From positions 23,188,001 through 23,252,000 of the forward strand of contig NC_086378.1 in NCBI RefSeq assembly GCF_036588685.1: 64,000 nt of DNA, written 5' to 3'. Source of the stretch: Mytilus trossulus. Taxonomy: Eukaryota. The position numbers and the translations under genes were made by a program. Position 1 is the first letter of the stretch; each line of letters starts with the position of its first letter. Below, piece after piece: positions 55,611-64,000 of the stretch. Under the pieces are notes generated by a model. That model saw only the letters and a list, made by a program, of their open reading frames with translations. It was not told where the DNA came from and did not search any database.

Positions 55611-56809
55611 GTAAGTGTTCGTGTGAAATTAACAGTTAATATAAAAAGGAAAGACGGTTCTGAGTTTTAATCAGAATTTAGGAACTACGAGTACGATAAA
55701 ACACACAACATGGGAAAATAATTTACTGTTCGTTTTTGTTTGTATGAATTTGTTAGATCTGATGTTTAAAAACTTTAAAGGTGGTACCGTAAGATTTTAG
55801 TAAAGAAATAATTTTATATAATCAATATTATCATGTTTTATATTGCATCTAGAAAAAAAGGCAACAGTAGTATACTGCCGTTCGAAAACCATCAATCGAT
55901 TGAGAATAAAACAAATCCGGGTTATAAAATCCGGGCTAGAAAATATAAGATTGAATTAATTGAAAAAAAATATTCATTATTGTTGGGATCGATCAAGTTA
56001 ATATACATTTCGATATAAAAAAGATAGATTTGTCATCCAAATTTATTTGACCTATACCGCCAGATTTATTGAATTGCTCGGATCAATTTTCTTCAAACTT
56101 TACATGTTTAAATAGGTGAACAATATATTCCACTTTGAACTTTGATTTTTTTCGAGAGCGATAAGCGTATCTTAGTCTCTAGCACAATGATTCATTTATT
56201 TTGTGTTACTAATTGTATTTATCACCACGGCGCATACAACTTCCACGGTAATATATTCAATGTATATAGTAACAGGTTTTTTTTAACTAGATTAACGATA
56301 ATGTCGTTTTGATAGCATATTTTTGAAATAAGTTTAGTTTATTCTCAACTCTTTTAGGCTCATACTTGGTAAAGTAAAAATAAGACATTATGAATTTAAT
56401 TCTGATCAATTCGTTTAAAAAGACAAATCAAGGTATCAAACGAAAATTGAAGGAAACAAATATTTTTAAATTGCGCAAAACCTTGTGCGTCAACAGGTTA
56501 TCGCTCTTGTTATGTATTTATTATCTGCCATGCGAATCCAAAATGAGGCACGATGCCTCATCTAGGAATAGAACACAATATTCTAAGTAAATATAAGAAG
56601 ACTATTAGGGAATTTCAGATTCCAAGTATGCGCAAAACATGTTGCTTGTAAGTAAATATATACAGTCGTAAGATGTCGTTCAACCAATTTGTAGTAGTGA
56701 ATATCAAATTAGTTTAAAGTCGATTTGTTCTCCCTGATGACTCTGCTGGAGCTGTTTTTATGTAAAGAGCACATCCCTGCTTTTGAAGTCTGTATAATGC
56801 ACTGACGGA

Positions 56810-57150
56810 ATGAATCAAATTGAGATCACTAGCGATATCTATAAAATTGAGAATCAAATTGAGATCACTAGCGATATCTATAAAATTGAGAATCAAATTG
56901 AGATCACTACCGTCATGTTTCATATTGTGATCACTACTGTCACGTATCAAATTGATATTACTATTGTAACGTATCAAATTGAGATCACTTGCGTTACTTT
57001 TAAAATTGATATCACATGCGATATGTATAAAATTGAAATCACTGCGGTGACGTTTCAAATTGAAATCACTACCATGAAGTATCAAGTTAAGATCACTAAC
57101 TTGACGTATCACATTGAGATCATTACCGTGACATATCAAATTGAGATATA
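56810..57150. repeat. 27-bp minisatellite (two 39-bp variants at the 5' end), intronic
   Basis: Consensus close to tatcaaattgagatcactactgtcacg. Produces 9-aa periodic ORFs on both strands. Confidence 0.85.
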
Positions 57151-58146
57151 TAAACGATATTGCAAAGGGTACGTTACTGCTGAGAGTCAAATAAAAGTGT
57201 TCAATTTGTTGTAGATATACTAGTTTTAAGTTGTTCAATTGTGTGTCAAAAACATGATAAATATCAAAGAGGCAAACGTATAGTCGGCAACAGAAGGCCC
57301 CATATAAAACATATTAAACAAAACAATTATCGAAAACAAACAATATGACCAACAACCACTTTACTAAAGGATTCTTATTGTGGCTTGGCACATACAAAAT
57401 GTGGTGAATGTTAAGATGTGTGTGAGCTCTCAAACCCTTCCTAACCTGGAACAGTGGTATAACAGCTCAACATAGGTACAATCGATAACAATCAGTTAAA
57501 AGGAGCTTACCTTATCCAAACGATACCAAGCAGCAGAAAAACACCCAATAAAACACAAAACGAACATGACAGGGTAACACAACACACAACAACAGAATTA
57601 GTCTGTTCATTTTTTCTACGGCCAATTAAGTCGAGGAAAGACGATTTCGTACCATCTTACAGTGTTGAAAAACACCTACATATAAAGTAAAATGATTCAT
57701 GGGACAGATTTTTAACCGCCTTTGAATTAAGATCGATTGATCATCTGGTTTATTTTTACGTTCTTTGTTTAACTCTATTTTATATATACCAATTATAATA
57801 TTGAATATGAACAATTCATATACTATTACTTATATTTAACGATTCCGTATGTTATTGATAGTAGACCCAGTAGTGACTGCAACTTTATAATTCTTCATCT
57901 GACCTTAAAACTAAAACTAAAATACAGTTTAAAGATCAAATAAAAGAGAATTACATTTAAATTTTAACTAAAATTTCGACATATACTAGTACTCTTTAAT
58001 TTTACATGTTTTAGGTTCATACACTATTTTTTTGTCTTCCAGGTTTTTTTTATCATGGCGTTATCAGTTGGTATTCGATTTATGAGTTTTAATATTATTT
58101 GCTTCAAACGTATCTGCCACCAATATAAATTGTTTTTATTTGTAGG

Positions 58147-60288
58147 ATGCAGTCGATATCGTACTTTTTGGTTTGTTGTATTTTGACAGTTGGAGATGGA
58201 GATACCAATATTGATTACCTTTTGGATCAATACATACTAATTTGTGGCAATATGCTTTGTGATCAAACCATTACATTTGCCCCGAAAATTCCAGAATACT
58301 TATCAACTTGTACTGAGTGTTCTTGTGATGACAACTGTATATTCAATGGATCCTGTTGTCCAGATAAATTTTTCTCCCTAAAAATGGAATGCACAAACAC
58401 TTCAATTGTTTCACAAAATACCGAATCTAGAGATATATTTGAAGATTTATTTCTCATGAGAGTAACCTGTCCCGAAGGAACAAATCCTTCATCACAGTCT
58501 AAGTGTGAGAGTAACAGAACCTTTTCTGAAAAGATACAATACATGCCAGTTACTTCTTCAACAACCATGATTACTTATAAAAATGAATTTTGCGCTGAAT
58601 GTAATAATGAAAGTTACTATGAGCAATGGATATTCAATTCCGTGTGTGACGAATTCGTTGATTTTAACTTCATTTCAACCTTAGATGAAATGTTCAAAAC
58701 AGCTGTAGACAGAAAATGTAAAATTAGCAGTAATATAACTGGATTGAACACCGCTGGTTGCTATAGAACGTACGGATATAACACCATAAAGACTTGTAAT
58801 GTAACAGGTTCTTGGATAACGTATAACAAAGATATAGAATGGGCATGTCTGCATTACAATAACAGATTCCTTGAGTTTAAGAATGTGTTTTGTTACATAT
58901 GTAACCCCCCAGTTAATGTTGAAGAAGTTCTCACAGATTGTAACGCTACATGGAAATTATATTGGTATGAAGAGTACCCAAATTTCCAGAAAGCTTGTAA
59001 AGAACTTGATCTGACAACAGCAACTTACCCTTTCAAGAATATCTACTGTCAGCTCTGCAATTCCTTACCGTTTCGAGTTAATGACAGGCGTGTTTTTTTG
59101 TACTTCGATGCTTCTGTCAATATAGAGGAAAAGGTGGTCAACGGGAACTACTTTAAATATATGTTTGAATTAAATTTTCTGAACGGTGAATTCATAGATA
59201 GCTATTTAAAGAAACAAGCGTATCGGTCTTCCGAGACACAATTGACGACAAATCATCCGGTTAATCTAACGGAAATTTACACACATTATTATGCTATGAC
59301 CGGAAATGGTCATTTCTGTTTGAATATTTCTACAAATGTTATAGCAGATGAGAGACATAATTGCGGTTGTTCCGCTGGTTGTCACTTTGATTTTGAAAAG
59401 CCATGCTGTATTGATGCTGATTTCAAATATTCAACCTCGTGTATAGATGGTTATCTAGTATATGACGGATGTGAAGAAATAACTAAGGATTTTAATATGC
59501 TGTCATCCATGTGTCAAAACAGGGAAGGTAATTCTGATTTGTTTTCTTCGATTCCAGTCTTTGACAAACAGCAAGGTGCTAACTATAAGAATATATATTG
59601 TGCCATGTGTAGTAATCACAAAAAAGTTTCTGAAGCTTATCGTAAGGCTCCCATTTCTGCTATCAAAAGGTTCAAACCGTGGAAATTTACTTTGATATGC
59701 AAAAAAATCATTCCAATATATTTCCACACGTTTTTGTCACATTTATTTGACACACGATTCTTATCTAATTGCAACTTTACATTAGTTCCAGATATTTGTC
59801 ACAAACGATGTCCAACAAGACCGGCATATACGATAAAAAATACTAGTATTTCATGGGCCTGTGAGAACTTTAAATCTACACCTACCAGCGTAGATTTTTA
59901 CTATAAAATTATCGATTCGTCGCTAAATGAGTATCACAATATATTTTGTGCTATGGAAGAAACATTTAATGAAACTACAACCTTGATACAACAGTGCAAT
60001 GTTACTGGTCGTTGGAATTTTAATGACGAGCACTTACAAAGAAAGTGTAGACAGCTTCCTCAAATTGACTTTCACCACCCCTATAAGAATATATTCTGCA
60101 AAATGTGTAACGAAGAACTTATCGAGTATGTGAATAACTATGTAGGCATAGCTACATGTTATGAAAGTGCAGTCGGGAATGCTGATATTTCTTTTCGAAG
60201 TTTGTTCTCTTTTTTGTCATATGAAGAACAACAAGACACTTTAGTACACGGAATCTGTAAACAGAGCCAATTGTATGATTCTATAAAG
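58147..60288 (+). CDS. Cys-rich class-B-like GPCR copy 3, coding exon 1 (signal peptide + Cys-rich ectodomain, 714 codons)
   Basis: ttgtag|gATG start, hydrophobic N-terminus, SMB-like CSCDDNC..GSCCPD, six [YF][KH]Nx[FY]C motifs, donor AAG|GTAAGC (phase 0). Confidence 0.9.
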
Positions 60289-60629
60289 GTAAGCATTGTT
60301 AAAGTCCATGCGGAGCTAATTTTCGCGGTCATTATCTTGTTGGAATTTTCGTCGCTTTATTAGGTCAAAGTACGGTCTTCAACACGTAGCCCTGGCTCAC
60401 ACCGACCAGTAAGCCAAAGAAAAGCTCCAAAATATACTAGTGTAAAATCATTCAAACGGGAAAACCAACAGTTTATTCTATATAATTGCGAAAAAACTTA
60501 TGGACCATATCAACAAACGACAACCACTGAACATCAGGTTCACTAATTATGAAATGTATGTCAGGTGCAAACAAATGCAGCGGTTTATTTGTACAACTAC
60601 GTTCTGTAAGTACTGTATATCTGTCAGCA

Positions 60630-60908
60630 CTTTTTGTGCTGACATGAATTAACATTGATATGGTTATATTTATAAATTAACTGTTTACAAAATTTAGAAT
60701 TTTTTGAAATACTAAGGCTTTTCTACCTCAGGCATAGATTACCTAACTGGATTTGGCAAAACTTTTAGGAATTTTGTTCCTTAATGCTCTTCAACTTCAT
60801 ACTTTATTTGGCCTTTTCAACTTTTTTAGATTCGAGCGTCACTGATGAGCCTTTTGTAGTCTGACGTATATAAAAAAATTAGTCCTGGTATCTATAATGA
60901 GTTTATTT
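60630..60908 (+). mobile_element. Longest retrozyme-like unit in the window; hammerhead GAAAC box deleted
   Basis: ttcgagcgtca CTGATGA gccttttgta-[deletion]-gtctgacgta...agtcctggtatctataatgagtttattt. Confidence 0.7.
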
Positions 60909-61251
60909 GAAAACAAACAAACAAAAACAGTCGATACTCCAGAAAAATAGATAAAGCGCGAGTCAGATAGTAAAAATAGGAATCTAAAAAAAAAATGGAT
61001 CAAAGCTATTCAGTAATGCATAAAAAAAAAGCTCAATCAAATTTTGCACAATTCAGTGGCTGGCGAGTATTGTTTGTTTGAAATAACAAAAGAAACAGTT
61101 AATTGGAAACTAAAAGTTCACGAGAAAATATCATATCAAAATTAAAGATAATACCTTTTGATCGATAATGAAAAAAAAATATAATACAATATTAAATGTC
61201 ACTTTGAATTATCTTTATTAAACTGATTTACAGAAACACTTCTTTTTTTAG

Positions 61252-62904
61252 GATAGGTGTCGTGATATTGTATGTTACCCTGGGCGTGTACTGATGAATG
61301 GCACGTGCATACCACTTCTACCATACACTGCTAATCTGGGTTATACACTTACATTTGGAGTTCATGTTCAATCAGAAGCTCCGATAAAAGACCTACGGTT
61401 CCTACTACAACTTATGAAATTAGAAATTCTGAATCAGCTAGGCAAGCATTTGAATAGAACAATGTTTCCTTTTTTAGAAATGTTGATTATGAAAGCAAAT
61501 AACACGTGTTCATCAAATGAGAATATCATTGGATCGTATTTACATATATCAGTATTCTTGAAATTATTCGTGAATGTCGTTGTTAACAGGGATGAATTTG
61601 AAACAAAACTTCTACAATTTCATAACCAGGAATTTTCATTTGAGCACTTGTTGTGTTCTCGGTTTAATAAAACGGTTAATTGTATTCTAAAATACAGAGT
61701 AAAATATGATAATGGTTCTCTTTACCTACCGATAGATTTGCCTTTCAGACGGTTTGATACCACAAAATGTTATCTGAAAACGAACAATGAAATACCCGAA
61801 TCTCAAAAATATATTCACTCGCATATAAGTTCCTTACTTAAGTGCCCACAGATAGAATTAGATAAAGCAGAGGTAATAATTGATGAATCCAAAAACTTAC
61901 TGCGCGTACCACAATACAGTACCGTTTTGGATTATTACAATTTCTACTTCACAAGATCAGATCGGAATATAAGGATTTGTTTAAATACGTTTAAACGCAT
62001 GATGGTATCTACTTCAGAAATGAGTGTGTTACAGATAATAATGCTTATATTTACAACATTATCCTTACTATGTTTATTCCTGACTTTTATGACTTACTGC
62101 ATGTTTGCGCAGCTACGTACACTACCAGGAAAGAACAATATGTGTCTTGTCGTTGTCTTATTTTTTGCAATGGCTTTTCTAGAATTTGGTATGAACAAAA
62201 CAACCAATATAACTCTTTGTATTGTACTGGGTGGATTTATTCATTATTTCTGGTTATGTACATTTTGTTGTTTAAATGTTTGTTCCTTTCATATGTATTG
62301 TACATTTAGTCGGGATTCTGTTTATCGACAAAGAAGTAAATCAAATGAACGAAAACGTCTCTTGCAATACATGCTATACTCATTTGGTCTGCCGGCCATA
62401 ATCGTTATTTCGAATATACTTTTTACAAATTCACTTAAAAGTAAAGAATTGTATGGGTATGGCGGCAAACTATGTTTCATCTCAGAAAGGTTATCCTTTA
62501 TTGTAGCATTCATAGTTCCGATCACGACCATGTGTCTTTTAAACATATTTTTCTTTATATTTTCAGCGCGTTCGATTGCTACAACTCCAAAGTTGAAAAA
62601 TGATGATTCTTTTCGGCATAATTCAGTAAACCTAGCTGTTTACATTAAATTATTTACAATAACAGGCAGTTCTTGGGTACTACAAATAATAGATTCGTTT
62701 CTACCATTGTCGCCCTTTTCTGTAATTGTGTCTCTGTTAAATGCTATGCAGGGAATCTACATTTTCGTAGCATACATATGCAACAAACGTATTTTTATTC
62801 TGTATCGTAGTTTAATTTGTAACAAACATGTTATAAGGTCAGATTCAGAATCACGTACAGTCACTCAAACTACTTCCTTGACATCAACAAAACTTTTGAA
62901 ATAA
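61252..62904 (+). CDS. GPCR copy 3, coding exon 2 (stalk + 7TM of secretin/Methuselah/adhesion-like type)
   Basis: ttttttag|GAT AGG TGT is in frame. Motifs LRTLPGKN, C...HYFWL, Y.FGLPA, YGG..CFI, KLF..TG..W, LN..QG..IF; seven hydrophobic segments; full protein 1264 aa. Confidence 0.92.
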   Translation, partial: DRCRDIVCYPGRVLMNGTCIPLLPYTANLGYTLTFGVHVQSEAPIKDLRFLLQLMKLEILNQLGKHLNRTMFPFLEMLIMKANNTCSSNENIIGSYLHISVFLKLFVNVVVNRDEFETKLLQFHNQEFSFEHLLCSRFNKTVNCILKYRVKYDNGSLYLPIDLPFRRFDTTKCYLKTNNEIPESQKYIHSHISSLLKCPQIELDKAEVIIDESKNLLRVPQYSTVLDYYNFYFTRSDRNIRICLNTFKRMMVSTSEMSVLQIIMLIFTTLSLLCLFLTFMTYCMFAQLRTLPGKNNMCLVVVLFFAMAFLEFGMNKTTNITLCIVLGGFIHYFWLCTFCCLNVCSFHMYCTFSRDSVYRQRSKSNERKRLLQYMLYSFGLPAIIVISNILFTNSLKSKELYGYGGKLCFISERLSFIVAFIVPITTMCLLNIFFFIFSARSIATTPKLKNDDSFRHNSVNLAVYIKLFTITGSSWVLQIIDSFLPLSPFSVIVSLLNAMQGIYIFVAYICNKRIFILYRSLICNKHVIRSDSESRTVTQTTSLTSTKLLK

Positions 62905-64000
62905 ACAGTCAGCTGTAATCCTGGTTATGTTAAATAGATATATAAAAGTGACATGACATTGATGACATTGAAACTTATAACTATTATTTTTAATTATTAT
63001 TTTAACATGGCGGAGTAACTGTACATCATCTTTGTTGACATGACTGGTTGTTAGTCTGAGTTTTATATGTTATCGTTACAACACAATTGTTCTATACTTA
63101 GATATTATAGGGTTTACTACCATTGCATTTTGTTGTTTGAAATCAACATGCACTAAATCAAATCTATGAATGTAAGTAGACATTTTCTTTGCTTTTACTA
63201 GTCATAACAGAGCTTAAATAGTAAATAAAAGTATAAATCATATTCTTACAAGCCTTTTGTATTGACCATTAAATGTGGTCACCCCTAGATGTTGGTGGGG
63301 TTCGTGTTGCTCAGTCTTTTAATTAGTTTTCTATGTTGCTTCTTGTGTACTATTATTTGTCTTTTTGATTTTTAGCGATGGCGTTATCAGTTTATTTTCT
63401 ATTTATGAGATTGACTGTTCTTCTGGTATCTTTTGCCACTCTTTTTTAAAATGGTCTGGTGTAGTAATTGTCAGAATTTTGTTCAAATTAAACATATATT
63501 ATAACATTTGTAGGCTTGCTAAAAGGTTGCACTATTTTAAATCATTTTATCTAATGTAGCAAAGAAAAGTGGTTGGTATTAGTCTTGAATTATATATGAT
63601 AGTTTGTAGCTTGGAGTGAATCAACTTAAATGTATACCGCTGAATCTATTATAATGATATTGGATATTGTGTCTGTAGAACGAGATAACTTCATCTTTAT
63701 ATAGTTTATAAATGGTAAAGTTGTTTTCTCCATTAATGAATATAAACTTATCATAGTATATGCATAGGTTAAATGTTTAAATGTTTTTTTTTCAATTTAA
63801 GGTGGTGTTATAGAGTCATTTTAGCCCTCATTTTAAATTTTACCAAAAATATAAAAAGATATCTGAAATGACTCTATAACAACACAAAACATATTTATCC
63901 GATTTTTATAACTTAAGTACACAAATGTTATTCATTACTTAACATTTTCATCAAAGGGTTCATACTTTACATAATAGTTTGCACACATCTTTGTAATCTG

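Noticed and set aside
56733-56756. CTGATGA-ctc-tgctg-gag as a hammerhead
   Set aside because: There is no GAAA box or stem I/III, and the flanks are unrelated to the retrozyme family.
61900-62040. Calling the receptor a true adhesion GPCR or latrophilin
   Set aside because: No GPS motif precedes TM1, so no gene symbol was assigned.

Overview
AT-rich, intron-containing animal genomic DNA. The repeat content suggests a bivalve such as Mytilus, which is an inference. It holds three paralogs of an uncharacterised class-B-like (7tm_2, Methuselah/adhesion-like) GPCR with a very large modular Cys-rich ectodomain. One copy is intact (+, 58147-62904, 2 coding exons, 1264 aa), one is open but runs off the left edge (-, ATG 1514), and one is frameshifted and lacks the 7TM (-, 38351-28817). 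The two minus-strand copies lie in a direct segmental duplication (1-9478 vs 36839-48109). All three share a homologous upstream non-coding exon. Between them is an SLC16/MCT transporter gene (-) with five intact spliced exons but a broken first coding exon. The rest is dense with non-autonomous elements: HINE/Helentron-like elements, TIR MITEs and foldbacks, a nested TIR+hAT relic inside a 17-bp minisatellite, and retroelement 3' ends. At least seven remnants of a type-I hammerhead-ribozyme (retrozyme) repeat are present, none intact. No rRNA, tRNA or CRISPR was recognised.
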